Assembly: GCA_043825855.1 (NCBI GenBank)
Contig: JBDRRJ010000021.1
Span: forward strand, 2,938-66,937
From: Pseudomonadota bacterium
Lineage (GTDB): Bacteria; Desulfobacterota; UBA8473
DNA: 64,000 nucleotides
Direction of reading: 5' to 3'
Both the position numbers and the translations under genes were made by a program. The notes beneath the pieces were generated by a model. It was not told where the DNA came from. It saw only the letters and a list, made by a program, of their open reading frames with translations, and made no database searches. This document shows, piece after piece, positions 1 through 10,392 of the stretch; the first letter of the stretch is position 1, and every line of letters begins with the position of its first letter.

Positions 1-1
1 A

Positions 2-367
2 ACTACAGGAGCGCGACGAGAAGGGAAAAAATATGACCATTTGCATTATTGTTATCAACTAGGAAAACATAAATGGAAAGATATTGACTGTGTAGGGGAA
101 TGGTTTAACTGGATAACTCTTATGGAATCTCCTGGACTAATGCGTGATCCCCGAGTAATACCTACTATGAAGCAAATAGTAAAGGGTTTAGGACGCACTA
201 TAACTAAGAATGAATTCAGAGCCTTCGCAAAAAGCCTTCGTAAGTTTTTCTCAACAAAAGAAGCTTATCGTGATACTATCGGGTTAAGCGATGCTAAAAT
301 CAAAGAAATTATAATAAAATCCGCAAGAGAATCAAGGATTATTAAAACGAGGAAGAAAACGCCATAG
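2..367 (+). CDS. hypothetical protein, 5'-truncated by window edge
   Basis: Frame is open from base 2 (TTGARREGKKYDHLHYC...) to TAG at 365-367; no recognisable motif. Confidence 0.55.
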   Translation, partial: TTGARREGKKYDHLHYCYQLGKHKWKDIDCVGEWFNWITLMESPGLMRDPRVIPTMKQIVKGLGRTITKNEFRAFAKSLRKFFSTKEAYRDTIGLSDAKIKEIIIKSARESRIIKTRKKTP

Positions 368-453
368 GGAATAAATAGTTAGGTTCTTCTCCCATTTTCT
401 AAAGTAAAATAAATAGAGAAGTGGGAAATAGAGGGATACTTCCCATATTTATT

Positions 454-512
454 GCCTAACAATGTCAATCCAGTAGACTCGCTACCGAGCACCGCTGATT
501 TTTTCGTTAGCC
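454..512 (+). mobile_element. integron attC-like recombination site
   Basis: GCCTAAC (RYYYAAC) at 454-460 and GTTAGCC (GTTRRRY) at 506-512; 59 bp with imperfect internal symmetry (atccag...ctcg ctac cgag...ctgat). Confidence 0.65.
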
Positions 513-554
513 GGTCTTTGCAGTCTTTGAAGACCGAGGAAGGAGGTTGTAGGT

Positions 555-1811
555 ATGTACAATTTCATGCTATCAGAAGAAGCCAATACTACAGTCCTGG
601 AAGTCAGGGATTTCATACATGATGAGGTATCGCCGGAATATATTCGAGCGATGGACCGTGATGAGATTCTTTTCCCCAGGGAATTTGTGGAAAATTTAGG
701 ACAAAGGAACCTACTTGGCCTGCGATTCGCTAAGAATTGGGGAGGCCGTGAATTGCCTTGGACGGCGGAGGTAGCTGCTATCGAGGAAGTCGGTGTGCTG
801 GGTACTGCGTTGTGTTGCGCATATGTGATGCCTTCGATCGTCGGAGAAGCGCTGGATAAGTTTGGCACGGAATCACAGAAGGAGAAGTATCTCAAGCCAT
901 TGCTTGCCGGCAAGTTAATTGCCGCTGAGGCATTGACAGAACCAAGGGGCGGGTCGGATTTTTTTGGCGCCACCACTCGTGCCGTCAAGGATGGAGACGA
1001 ATACATCATCACTGGTCAGAAGAGATTCGTGGTGGGCGCGGAAGGTGCGGACTTCTTCATTGTGTACTGTAGGACCAATCCGGATCCGAATGCGCATCCC
1101 CACAATCGTATAAGCTTGTTCCTGGTTGAGAGAGGACCCGGCGTCGAAGTGGAATACCGATACGGACTGATGGGAACCCGCGGAGGAGGGACCGGTCGGT
1201 TGGTCTTCCGGGAGGCGAGAGTGCCTGCAGAAAACCTCCTGGGCGCAATCAACATGGGCGCCTTGATCTTCAACCAAATGATGATACCCGAAAGGCTGAC
1301 ATCCGCCGCTGGTGCTCTTGGGGTTCGTGGTTCTCTTGAGGTGGCAACCCGCTATAGCGACAAGCGCACTGCCTTCGGGCAAAAGATCCGTAAATACCAG
1401 GCGATCAGTTTCATGATAGGGGACGGAATTACAAAACTGGATGCCGCAAGGGCCCTTGTCTATATGGCTGCACGAGCTGTGGACACTGGGGCACCTAACA
1501 TGCGCAGGCTTGTGAGCGAAGCGAAGAAATTCGCGACGGATGCTGCTTGGGAGGTAGCAAACATCGCTATGCAAGTGCTGGGTGGGATCGGTTACACCGA
1601 TGTCTACCCGATTGAAAAGGCTGTCCGTGATATCCGCATTATGCAGATATGGACGGGCACCAACGAGATCATGAATCTTCTAGTGCAGCATGAGTATTAC
1701 GGGGAAGTGCTGGCTGACCATTCGGATCGCAGAAATATCGAGGACGATGCTATGAACGCCAACGACACGGAAAAAGTTTATGTCGATGAAGATCAGGAGA
1801 AAGGACTGTGA
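555..1811 (+). CDS. acyl-CoA dehydrogenase
   Basis: [19 protein letters not shown]-x-[22 protein letters not shown] motifs; RBS AGGAGG upstream. Confidence 0.93.
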   Translation: MYNFMLSEEANTTVLEVRDFIHDEVSPEYIRAMDRDEILFPREFVENLGQRNLLGLRFAKNWGGRELPWTAEVAAIEEVGVLGTALCCAYVMPSIVGEALDKFGTESQKEKYLKPLLAGKLIAAEALTEPRGGSDFFGATTRAVKDGDEYIITGQKRFVVGAEGADFFIVYCRTNPDPNAHPHNRISLFLVERGPGVEVEYRYGLMGTRGGGTGRLVFREARVPAENLLGAINMGALIFNQMMIPERLTSAAGALGVRGSLEVATRYSDKRTAFGQKIRKYQAISFMIGDGITKLDAARALVYMAARAVDTGAPNMRRLVSEAKKFATDAAWEVANIAMQVLGGIGYTDVYPIEKAVRDIRIMQIWTGTNEIMNLLVQHEYYGEVLADHSDRRNIEDDAMNANDTEKVYVDEDQEKGL

Positions 1812-1817
1812 CAATAG

Positions 1818-1913
1818 TTGATAATAGGAAACCGCCCGTTTTTGAAGTTAATTATAGTTGGTCTTCACGAAAATTATTATCGAGACATGAAAAAATATTT
1901 AAAGGACAAATGA
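1818..1913 (+). pseudogene. C-terminal remnant of a ParE/RelE-like toxin
   Basis: Frame reads ...LKLIIVGLHENYYRDMKKYLKDK*, resembling the G-x-HEN(F/Y)YRD(L/M)K terminus of ParE-like toxins; in-frame stop at 1815 and no N-terminal part. Confidence 0.45.
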
Positions 1914-1949
1914 AAAGGGTTTAAAATTATTAATGCTTTCCCTTGTTAA

Positions 1950-2332
1950 GAGAAAAAAAGATCAGCCGATGCCGAACGAGACCCTCGTGGTTTTGCTGTG
2001 AAATTTTATACTGAGGAAGGCAATTATGATATGACAGGGAATAACACCCCCGTCTTTTTTATACGCGATCCTATAAAATTTCCGGATTTTATCCATACCC
2101 AGAAGCGTCATCCAGCTACGAATCTAAAGGATGCAGATATGTTATTGGAAACATTACCTCAAATCTTTGTAATGCACAAAAGCGTATACAACTGCGTCAA
2201 ACAGCTATTTTCTATAAAGCTGATCCTGATTATGGAAGCCGTGTGGCCAAAGGCTTAGGACTTAATGTGGATGATGTCAAACGATTAGCAGATATGTCTC
2301 AAGAAGAGCGAGTAAAGGCTACCCAGGAGTGA
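1950..2332 (+). pseudogene. katA: monofunctional catalase pseudogene (N-terminal and large internal deletions)
   Basis: 1950-2142 [49 protein letters not shown] (catalase core) joined out of frame to 2141-2332 [40 protein letters not shown]... (catalase C-terminus). Confidence 0.88.
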
Positions 2333-2354
2333 AAATAAGGGGTAGAAAGTTTTC

Positions 2355-2810
2355 TTAAAGATTTAAAATCATAGCAGTTTCATCGCAGTCTGGGAACTTG
2401 ACACATTTCAAACAATCCGCCCATATCTTATGGGGGAGAATAGACTTGTCTATTATCTCAAACCCGAGTTTTTTGAAAAACTCGGGTTTGTACGTCAAGG
2501 TAAAAACCCTATCTATACCTAAAATTTTGCACTCAGACAGACAGGCATCTACCAGTTTAGCACCAATACCCTTGCCCCAGAAGTCTTCGCGTACAGTGAG
2601 AGACCTAATTTCTGCCAAATCCTCCCAGCATATGTGCATGGCACATGTAGCAATGATATTGGCTTCTTTTTCGTCTATATAAACGCTAAAATCTCTAATA
2701 TTATCATAAAGCTCACTCAAAGAACGAGACAGCATCTCGCCCTTTTTAGCGTAAATCCCTATCAAATTCTGAATCTCTTTGATATCTCCTATCCTTGCTT
2801 TTCTGATCAT
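2355..2810 (-). CDS. short GNAT N-acetyltransferase (ArgA-like amino-acid acetyltransferase)
   Basis: LAEIRSL, GKGIG, FTLTYKPEFF, LPHKIWADCLKCVKFPDCDE; likely start ATG 2810. Confidence 0.85.
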   Translation of the reverse strand: MIRKARIGDIKEIQNLIGIYAKKGEMLSRSLSELYDNIRDFSVYIDEKEANIIATCAMHICWEDLAEIRSLTVREDFWGKGIGAKLVDACLSECKILGIDRVFTLTYKPEFFKKLGFEIIDKSILPHKIWADCLKCVKFPDCDETAMILNL

Positions 2811-3002
2811 ATTAAAGTATTGCAATACCCCCTTGGTGTCTTTTCAAACCTCTTTATCTGTAGTATCAATAGTAACATCAGCTCTGGCGTAAAATGCTTC
2901 TTTTATTTTAATAGTTCCTTTATTGTGGTAAGTTTATCAGATACAGTTAGTAATGGACTATCATTGTCTCTTCTTAAACTTCGTAATTACTTAACTGTTT
3001 CT

Positions 3003-4229
3003 TTAAAAACGGTCAACGTAGCTAAGGTATCCATGATAATTTTTCTTTATCTCCTCAACAGAGTCCCCTCCAAACTTTTCTAAGAAAGCATTGGCAATTT
3101 CAATAGCCACAACTGCTTCACCGATTACTCCTGCAGCTGCAACAGCACAGGTATCAGATCTCTCTACACTGGCATTAAAGCTCTCTTTAGTATCAATATC
3201 TACTGATTTTAGAGGTTTAGTTAGGGTAGGAATGGGTTTCATAGCAGCTCTGGCAATTATGTCTTCACCATTAGAGATTCCTCCTTCAATACCTCCTGCA
3301 TTGTTCGTCTTTCTATAAAAGCCCTCTTTTGATTTAGACCCTTGAGCTTCTATGTCACCAGGTACTTCAGAAAACCCCTTGTCATCTATGACTGGTGATT
3401 TGTAGTGTATCTCATCATGAACTTGAGACCCCCATCTTCTGGCAGTCTCAAATCCCAAACCAACCTCTACCCCTTTGATAGCTTGTATACTCATCAGGGC
3501 ATGTGCTATTCTTCCATCGAGTTTTCTGTCCCACTGGGCATAAGTTCCCAACCCGACAGGTACACCTGTGACAATTATTTCAAAGACCCCTCCAAGGGAA
3601 TCTCCCTTGACTTTTGCCTCGTCTATTTTAGCCTTCATCTCTCTTTCAGCATCGCTATCAATACATCTCAGCTCTGAAGCCTCAGCCCTTCTATAAACCT
3701 CTTCAGGGTTTAGATCTTGAATACTGATCCTTACCCCTCCTAGTTCAATTACATGGCTGATTACATTAATGCCAAATTCAGTAAGAAGACATTTTATTAC
3801 AGCCCCTACCGCAACTCTACATGCGGTTTCCCTTGCGCTTGCCCGTTCCAGAATATTTCTTATATCTCTTTGATTGTATTTAATAGCACCCGGAAGGTCG
3901 GCATGACCGGGTCTGGGCCTGTTAAGACGAATTCCCTTACCCTCATGTTGAGAGGATACAGACATCTCTTCCTTCCATTTTTCCCAGTCTTTGTTCTGTA
4001 TAACCATACTTATAGGAGAGCCCATAGTCTTGCCCCATCGAACCCCTGAGGTTATATTGACTATGTCTTTTTCTATTCCCATCCTTAGCCCTCGACCATA
4101 ACCTATCTGTCTCCGGGCAAGATCAATATTTATATCCTCTTCTTTAACAATTAAACCAGCCGGTATACCTTCAAGGATGGCTGTTAGAGAGCTTCCATGT
4201 GATTCGCCTGCTGTAAGATACCTTATCAT
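3003..4229 (-). CDS. aroC: chorismate synthase
   Basis: [43 protein letters not shown]. Confidence 0.97.
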   Translation of the reverse strand: MIRYLTAGESHGSSLTAILEGIPAGLIVKEEDINIDLARRQIGYGRGLRMGIEKDIVNITSGVRWGKTMGSPISMVIQNKDWEKWKEEMSVSSQHEGKGIRLNRPRPGHADLPGAIKYNQRDIRNILERASARETACRVAVGAVIKCLLTEFGINVISHVIELGGVRISIQDLNPEEVYRRAEASELRCIDSDAEREMKAKIDEAKVKGDSLGGVFEIIVTGVPVGLGTYAQWDRKLDGRIAHALMSIQAIKGVEVGLGFETARRWGSQVHDEIHYKSPVIDDKGFSEVPGDIEAQGSKSKEGFYRKTNNAGGIEGGISNGEDIIARAAMKPIPTLTKPLKSVDIDTKESFNASVERSDTCAVAAAGVIGEAVVAIEIANAFLEKFGGDSVEEIKKNYHGYLSYVDRF

Positions 4230-4260
4230 TAATAATCACCTGAGTCTGAAAATTTAATAT

Positions 4261-4530
4261 TTATTCAACCCTTTTCCCATACATAATAACTCCATGTTGT
4301 GCGGTTAGAATGTACTCAATTTCCTCTCCTATCTCGGGTTTTGTTTCAAATTCCTTTATTATTGCTACCCTTCCGCCTTCTATCTCAATTATTGGTAGTC
4401 CATCCAGATTACGATATGAACTTATAATGCCTTTTATAGTACCTTCCTGTTTTTTTGGTTTTCTAGGACTATGCGTTTTGCAAGTTATACCACTTGCTGG
4501 AAAATCTTTTTCATTTTGATCGTCGTTCAT
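4261..4530 (-). CDS. hypothetical protein (possible small beta-barrel)
   Basis: 89 aa ORF with strong RBS (AGGAGG) on minus strand, co-oriented with aroC. Confidence 0.6.
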   Translation of the reverse strand: MNDDQNEKDFPASGITCKTHSPRKPKKQEGTIKGIISSYRNLDGLPIIEIEGGRVAIIKEFETKPEIGEEIEYILTAQHGVIMYGKRVE

Positions 4531-4611
4531 TCTTTATTTCCTCCTTTTCTTTAAAATAGTTGGCTGTTTAAGTGAGATTTTTGCTTTGAATAGTCTTTAA
4601 ATATTTATTGA

Positions 4612-4761
4612 TCAGTCTTTGAGATTGGTTCTTTTCCCAGGTTGATCCTCAACCGTACACGAATCTTTCATTCATGTACTGATGCCAAGCTTTGGTAGAA
4701 CCCAAGCGTTTAATATAAGATATACAGCTATGATCAAAATGAAAATCAGGGTTTCACTCAT
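4612..4761 (-). CDS. candidate small membrane selenoprotein (49 aa, Sec at codon 30)
   Basis: RBS AAGGTGA then ATG; MSETLIFILIIAVYLILNAWVLPKLGIST-TGA-MKDSCTVEDQPGKRTNLKD*; hairpin GGTTGA-GGA-TCAACC begins 17 nt after the TGA. Confidence 0.6.
4640..4654 (-). promoter_or_regulatory. putative bacterial SECIS apical stem-loop
   Basis: GGTTGAGGATCAACC on minus strand: 6-bp stem with G-initiated loop, downstream of in-frame TGA (4674-4672). Confidence 0.5.
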
Positions 4762-5311
4762 TGTTCTCACCTTTTAATGATTCCTTAGATCTCATGACCT
4801 TAATCTTGAGCCGTCTTTTAAAAAAGAACCATTCTTTTAATGAAAATATATGACTTATCTTAAATTTGTCAAGGGAAATATAGCTATTACAAAGTATATT
4901 GAAGAACATCGTACCTGCCTTTAGATTCTTGCCAAAAAAATCTTCGGTTATTTCTAATGACAAATGGCTGGCAAATTTATTCTTGTTCTATTTTTCCTTC
5001 TGCACTTGAAGAATAAGAAAGAGATAAAACAGAGGACAAATTGTTTTTCACCTTTAAGTTTAAAAACAAATATTTGTTTTTAATTTACAATTCGGTATTT
5101 TTCGGTTATATTTTCCTAATTAAATTATTGTTACTGAGAAGATAAATACTGGGGCATAAAAAACAACTTTAACATCTTTTTGACCCAAGTCGGATATTGA
5201 AACTTTCATTGAGTGTAATTAGTTTTTTTATAGTTAATTAACAATTATCGATCAATAGATATGATATTCGGTCCGAAAAATTAAAAATTAACCTTTTTGG
5301 GAGACTGGAAA

Positions 5312-7969
5312 GTGGTTTTAGCTTTATTAAAGAATATAATTGGAAGCAAAAACGAAAGAGACCTGAAAAAATTACAGCCTCTAGTTGATCACATTAACAG
5401 CTTAGAACCGGATGTTAAGAAATTAAATGATCATCAATTACAGGCTAAGACTTCAGAGTTTAAGGAAAGAATTGAAAAGGGAGAACCACTGGATGATATT
5501 TTGCCTGAAGCTTTTGCGGTTGTCAGAGAAACATCAAGGCGGGTTTTGAGGGAGCGTCATTTCGATGTCCAGTTGATAGGAGGCATTGTCCTCCATCAAG
5601 GCAAGATTGCAGAAATGAAGACCGGTGAAGGTAAAACCTTATCTTCCACACTTCCAGCTTACATTAATGCTTTGCAAGGAAAAGGGGTTCATATAGTTAC
5701 GGTAAACGACTATCTTGCAAAGAGAGACAGTGAGTGGATGGGGACAATATATAGATTTTTAGGTTTGTCAGTAGGAGTAATTATACACGATATGGATGAT
5801 GCAAGCAGAAGAAAATCATATAATTCTGACATTACCTATGGCACAAACAACGAGTTTGGTTTCGACTATCTGAGAGACAACATGAAATTCAGCCTGGATG
5901 ACTATGTACAGCGAAAGCTTAATTATGCAATTGTAGATGAGGTGGATAGTATCCTGATAGATGAAGCCAGAACACCACTTATTATATCAGGTCCTACTGA
6001 AGAATCCACTGACAAATACTATCAAATCAACAGAGTAATCCCCAGGCTTAATAATGATAAAGATTACACTATAGAGGAAAAGACAAGAACGGTTGTTCTG
6101 ACGGAAGAGGGGGTTGGAAAAGTTGAAAAATTACTTTACGTTGAAAACCTTTACGATCCAAGAAATATTGAGATACTACACCATGTAAATCAAGCATTAA
6201 GAGCACATACCTTGTTTAAGAAAGACATCGACTATGTGCTTAAGGATAACCAGGTATTAATAGTTGATGAGTTTACAGGAAGGTTAATGCCGGGAAGAAG
6301 ATACAGTGATGGTTTACATCAAGCTTTGGAAGCAAAGGAGAATGTCAAAATTGAAAATGAAAATCAAACCCTGGCTTCTGTTACCTTTCAAAATTACTTC
6401 AGGATGTACGATAAACTGGCAGGAATGACTGGAACAGCCGATACAGAAGCAGCAGAGTTTAAGAAGATTTATAACCTGGATGTCATGGTTATACCAACCA
6501 ATATGCCTATGATAAGAAAAGATAATCCAGATGTTATATATAAAACAGAAAAAGAGAAGTTCAATGCTGCTGTTAGTGAAATAAAAGAGTTAAACAAGGT
6601 TGGGCGTCCTGTATTGGTAGGAACAATCTCAATAGAGAAGTCTGAGCAGTTAAGCAAAATGTTAAAAAAACAGGGGGTCAAACACCATGTATTGAATGCC
6701 AAACACCATCAGAGAGAGGCCGAAATCGTAGCTCAGGCAGGCAGAAAGCATGCTGTGACAATTTCAACCAATATGGCTGGGAGGGGAACCGATATTGTTT
6801 TAGGTGGAAATCCAGAATTTCTGGCTGCAGAAAAGGTAGAGAAAGATATCCAATCAGAAAAATACCAGGAAACGCTGGAGCAAATGTTGCAGGTATGTGC
6901 TAAGGAAAAAGAGGAGGTTATAGCCCAGGGTGGATTACATATACTGGGTACAGAAAGGCATGAAAGCCGTCGTATTGACAACCAGTTAAGAGGAAGGTCA
7001 GGTAGACAGGGAGATCCAGGCTCATCCAGATTTTACCTGTCTTTAGAAGACGATCTGCTAAGAATATTTGGGTCAGAAAGAATCTCTACTATTATGGATA
7101 GATTAGGGATGGAAGAGGGGCAACCTATCGAACATGGATTAGTAAGCAAGGCAATAGAGAATGCACAGCGTAAGGTAGAGGGTCACCATTTCGATATTCG
7201 TAAACATTTGCTTGAATATGACGATGTTATGAATAAGCAACGAGAAGTAATCTACAAAGAACGAAGGGAAGTATTGAGCAGTGAAAACCTAAAAGGGAGT
7301 ATTGAAGAAATTGCAGAGGAAGCAATTGAAGAGATTGTCATGGTTTTTACTGATGAAAAATCATATCCGGATGAGTGGGATATTAAAGGTTTAGAAGATG
7401 CTGTTTATAAACGGTTCTTTTTCCGGGTTGATATTGACCATATACCTGTCGATAGTTTAACCAGAGAAAAGCTAATTGAATTAATAACTTCTCAGGCCAA
7501 AGAATTTTATGACAGAAAAGAGAAAGAGTTAGGTGAAGACACTATGCGCTATTTGGAGAGGGTCATCTATCTACAGACTATTGACAGTCTCTGGAAAGAC
7601 CATCTCCTGGCCATGGATCACCTGAGGGAAGGCATTGGGCTAAGAGGTTACGGACAGAAGAATCCCCTTCATGAATATCAAAGGGAAGGTTATGGTATGT
7701 TTATGGATATGATTAATCATATTAAAGAAGATTCCATAGAGAAACTGTACATGGTTAAATTAGCCAAGGAAGAAGATTTTTCATCGCTGGTTCCAACCAG
7801 ACGACAACGGTTTTTCCTCTCAAGAGGAGAAGAGGAATCGAAACCTGAGAAACAACAGCCTGTTAAAAGAGGGGATAGTAAAACGGGTAGAAATGAACCA
7901 TGTCCTTGTGGTAGCGGTAAAAAATACAAGAAATGCTGTCTTCTGAGGGATCAGGAGATAAGTGTCTGA
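5312..7969 (+). CDS. secA: preprotein translocase ATPase SecA
   Basis: [51 protein letters not shown]; start uncertain (TTG 5297 or GTG 5312). Confidence 0.98.
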   Translation: MVLALLKNIIGSKNERDLKKLQPLVDHINSLEPDVKKLNDHQLQAKTSEFKERIEKGEPLDDILPEAFAVVRETSRRVLRERHFDVQLIGGIVLHQGKIAEMKTGEGKTLSSTLPAYINALQGKGVHIVTVNDYLAKRDSEWMGTIYRFLGLSVGVIIHDMDDASRRKSYNSDITYGTNNEFGFDYLRDNMKFSLDDYVQRKLNYAIVDEVDSILIDEARTPLIISGPTEESTDKYYQINRVIPRLNNDKDYTIEEKTRTVVLTEEGVGKVEKLLYVENLYDPRNIEILHHVNQALRAHTLFKKDIDYVLKDNQVLIVDEFTGRLMPGRRYSDGLHQALEAKENVKIENENQTLASVTFQNYFRMYDKLAGMTGTADTEAAEFKKIYNLDVMVIPTNMPMIRKDNPDVIYKTEKEKFNAAVSEIKELNKVGRPVLVGTISIEKSEQLSKMLKKQGVKHHVLNAKHHQREAEIVAQAGRKHAVTISTNMAGRGTDIVLGGNPEFLAAEKVEKDIQSEKYQETLEQMLQVCAKEKEEVIAQGGLHILGTERHESRRIDNQLRGRSGRQGDPGSSRFYLSLEDDLLRIFGSERISTIMDRLGMEEGQPIEHGLVSKAIENAQRKVEGHHFDIRKHLLEYDDVMNKQREVIYKERREVLSSENLKGSIEEIAEEAIEEIVMVFTDEKSYPDEWDIKGLEDAVYKRFFFRVDIDHIPVDSLTREKLIELITSQAKEFYDRKEKELGEDTMRYLERVIYLQTIDSLWKDHLLAMDHLREGIGLRGYGQKNPLHEYQREGYGMFMDMINHIKEDSIEKLYMVKLAKEEDFSSLVPTRRQRFFLSRGEEESKPEKQQPVKRGDSKTGRNEPCPCGSGKKYKKCCLLRDQEISV

Positions 7970-8034
7970 GTTAAATCAAGCAGTTAAAAACTTAACGCAA
8001 AAATAGAGAATAAACTTTTTTGAGGATCTAACTA

Positions 8035-9243
8035 ATGGAAAAAGAAAATAGCTGCACGAGATTTGAAGTGCCAGGGTTTCAAGCCAGTGGTATTTCAGCA
8101 GGAATTAAGCGGAATAAAGCAAAAGATTTGGCTCTAATCTATTCAGAGATACCGGCTTTTGCAGCAGCAGTTTTTACTCAAAATAAGGTTAAGGCCGCAC
8201 CTGTTTTGGTGAGTATTGAAAAAGCAAAAAAGCATTTATGTCAGGCAATTATTGTAAACAGCGGCAATGCTAACGCATGTACCGGAGATGCAGGGCTGCA
8301 GGATGCTCAGTTAATGTCTAGACTTGCGGCAGAGAAACTGAATATAGATGAAACACTGGTTTTAGTTGCCTCAACGGGGGTAATTGGGAAGAGTCTTCCG
8401 ATAGAAACAATCTCCAGAAATATTCCACAACTTGTAGATGGATTAACCACTGATGGAATACTGGGAGCAGCAGAGGCAATAATGACGACTGATACACATC
8501 CCAAGATAGTGTTGAAAAAAGGGATAATCGATAATAAAGAGGTAACAATATGCGGTATAACAAAAGGGGCAGGGATGATAATGCCCAATATGGCTACTAT
8601 GCTTGCGTTTATAATGACTGATGCAGCTATTGAAGCTCAGACCTTGGAAAAAGTTTTTAAAGAGGGTATCAGATGTTCTTTTAACAGTATAAGTATAGAT
8701 GGTGAAACCAGCACAAATGATACAGCAATAGTTTTAGCCAACGGAAAAGCTAAAAATTCGATTATAACCGAAGACTCTCAGGATCTCGAGCTTTTTAAAA
8801 ACCTATTAGTTGATGTTTTAGTAGATTTGTCCAGTATGATAGTAAAAGATGGGGAAGGAGCTACAAAATTTGTTGAAATCAGAGTTATAAATTCAAAAGA
8901 GTACAATGAGGCGATTAAGGTAGCCTTCAGTGTTGCAAACTCTAACCTGGTTAAGACTGCCTTTTTTGGAGAAGATTGTAATTGGGGGAGGATTATTTCT
9001 GCCGTAGGAGCATCAGGCGTCAATGTTGACCCAAAGAAGATAAATGTATCTTTTGAAGATATAATGGTGGTTAAGAACGGATTTAGCACAGGGGTTCAAC
9101 AGGAAGAAAAGGCATCCAAAGTACTCCGGAAAAAAAAGTTTAAGGTTACAATAGATTTGAACAGCGGATCAAGTGATGCCAGAGTCTTTACCACGGATTT
9201 GTCTCCTGAATATGTAACTATAAATGCTAATTATAGAACATAA
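8035..9243 (+). CDS. argJ: bifunctional ornithine acetyltransferase/N-acetylglutamate synthase
   Basis: NSGNANACTG, STGVIG, KGAGMIMPNMATML, STNDT, DGEGATK. Confidence 0.97.
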   Translation: MEKENSCTRFEVPGFQASGISAGIKRNKAKDLALIYSEIPAFAAAVFTQNKVKAAPVLVSIEKAKKHLCQAIIVNSGNANACTGDAGLQDAQLMSRLAAEKLNIDETLVLVASTGVIGKSLPIETISRNIPQLVDGLTTDGILGAAEAIMTTDTHPKIVLKKGIIDNKEVTICGITKGAGMIMPNMATMLAFIMTDAAIEAQTLEKVFKEGIRCSFNSISIDGETSTNDTAIVLANGKAKNSIITEDSQDLELFKNLLVDVLVDLSSMIVKDGEGATKFVEIRVINSKEYNEAIKVAFSVANSNLVKTAFFGEDCNWGRIISAVGASGVNVDPKKINVSFEDIMVVKNGFSTGVQQEEKASKVLRKKKFKVTIDLNSGSSDARVFTTDLSPEYVTINANYRT

Positions 9244-9544
9244 AAATAAGAAGGTTGAGAAAAATTTTTCCTTGCAATATAAGATATGATATGATATCTA
9301 AAAAAGTTTGTATTATTAGAATTGCAGCGTAATATAGGCTGGCTAATAAGGTTTAATCAGTAAGTTGTTACGGAAGTTAAAATAGTTCCGAAAACTGACG
9401 CGCTGGTAAACTTAATCTATCTTATACGGGAAAGCTTAGTAATGATAGCTGTAACCTATAAGATTTAATTGTATAACAGTAAATTGATATCCGATTAAAG
9501 GGGGAGGTAAGAGAAATGTGGGAACCAACCGAGGAGGTTAATGG

Positions 9545-10327
9545 ATGCTGAATATTACAATGAAACAATTGCTTGAAGCTGGTGTTCATTTTGGACATCA
9601 GACGAAGCGATGGAACCCCAAAATGAAGGAATATATCTTTGGGGCAAGGAATGGGATTTACATTATAAACCTGCAAAAGACTGTTCAGTTATTTAAAGAG
9701 GCTTGTAATTACATAGTTGAAACAGTAGAAAATGGAGAAACGGTTCTATTTGTTGGAACAAAAAAACAGGCTCAGGATGCCGTTGAGGAAGAAGCCAAGA
9801 GATGTAATATGTTCTATGTTACAAATAGATGGCTTGGAGGAACATTAACTAATTTTCAAACTATCAAACAGAGTATAGATAAGTTGAAAAAAATTGAGGC
9901 TATGAAAACCGATGGTACCATTGAGAGTCTTACAAAAAAAGAGGCTTTAAAGCTTGAGAAAGAAAGAGAAAAATTAGAAAAGAATCTCGGCGGAATCAAA
10001 GATATGGACAGACTCCCAGGTGCTGTTATCATTGTTGATCCGAAGAAAGAGAGAATATCTGTCGCTGAAGCAAAAAAACTTAGCATCCCAAGTATTGCCT
10101 TAGTTGATACAAACTGCGATCCTGATGATATAACCTATGTTGTTCCAGGAAATGACGATGCTATCAGAGCCATAAGGTTATTTGTGTCAAAGGCTGCAGA
10201 TGCTTGCTTGGAAGGACGTAAAAGATTTGAGGAAAAGTTAGAAGCCGAAGCTAGAGAAGAAGAAGAGATGGCTCTTGGGATCGAAAAGGGTGATGAAGAA
10301 GCAGTTCAAAATCAGCTGGAGGCATAA
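9545..10327 (+). CDS. rpsB: 30S ribosomal protein S2
   Basis: [39 protein letters not shown]. Confidence 0.99.
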   Translation: MLNITMKQLLEAGVHFGHQTKRWNPKMKEYIFGARNGIYIINLQKTVQLFKEACNYIVETVENGETVLFVGTKKQAQDAVEEEAKRCNMFYVTNRWLGGTLTNFQTIKQSIDKLKKIEAMKTDGTIESLTKKEALKLEKEREKLEKNLGGIKDMDRLPGAVIIVDPKKERISVAEAKKLSIPSIALVDTNCDPDDITYVVPGNDDAIRAIRLFVSKAADACLEGRKRFEEKLEAEAREEEEMALGIEKGDEEAVQNQLEA

Positions 10328-10392
10328 TACAACTTAGGTTGTTAATTAGATAAATAATATAAAATTTGCATACGAGGTAATTTAAAAAAGTT

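Noticed and set aside
482-1574. Long minus-strand ORFs (176 aa, 219 aa) over the acyl-CoA dehydrogenase
   Set aside because: Antisense shadows of a GC-rich real gene with no motifs; the same applies to the many other short antisense or overlapping ORFs in the track
1998-2258. 86-aa 'catalase' ORF as an intact gene
   Set aside because: Its second half is out-of-frame read-through past a deletion junction; treated as a pseudogene
4754-4963. 69-aa minus-strand ORF
   Set aside because: TTG start in AT-rich promoter DNA, no RBS or motif, and it overlaps the RBS of the better-supported ORF at 4761
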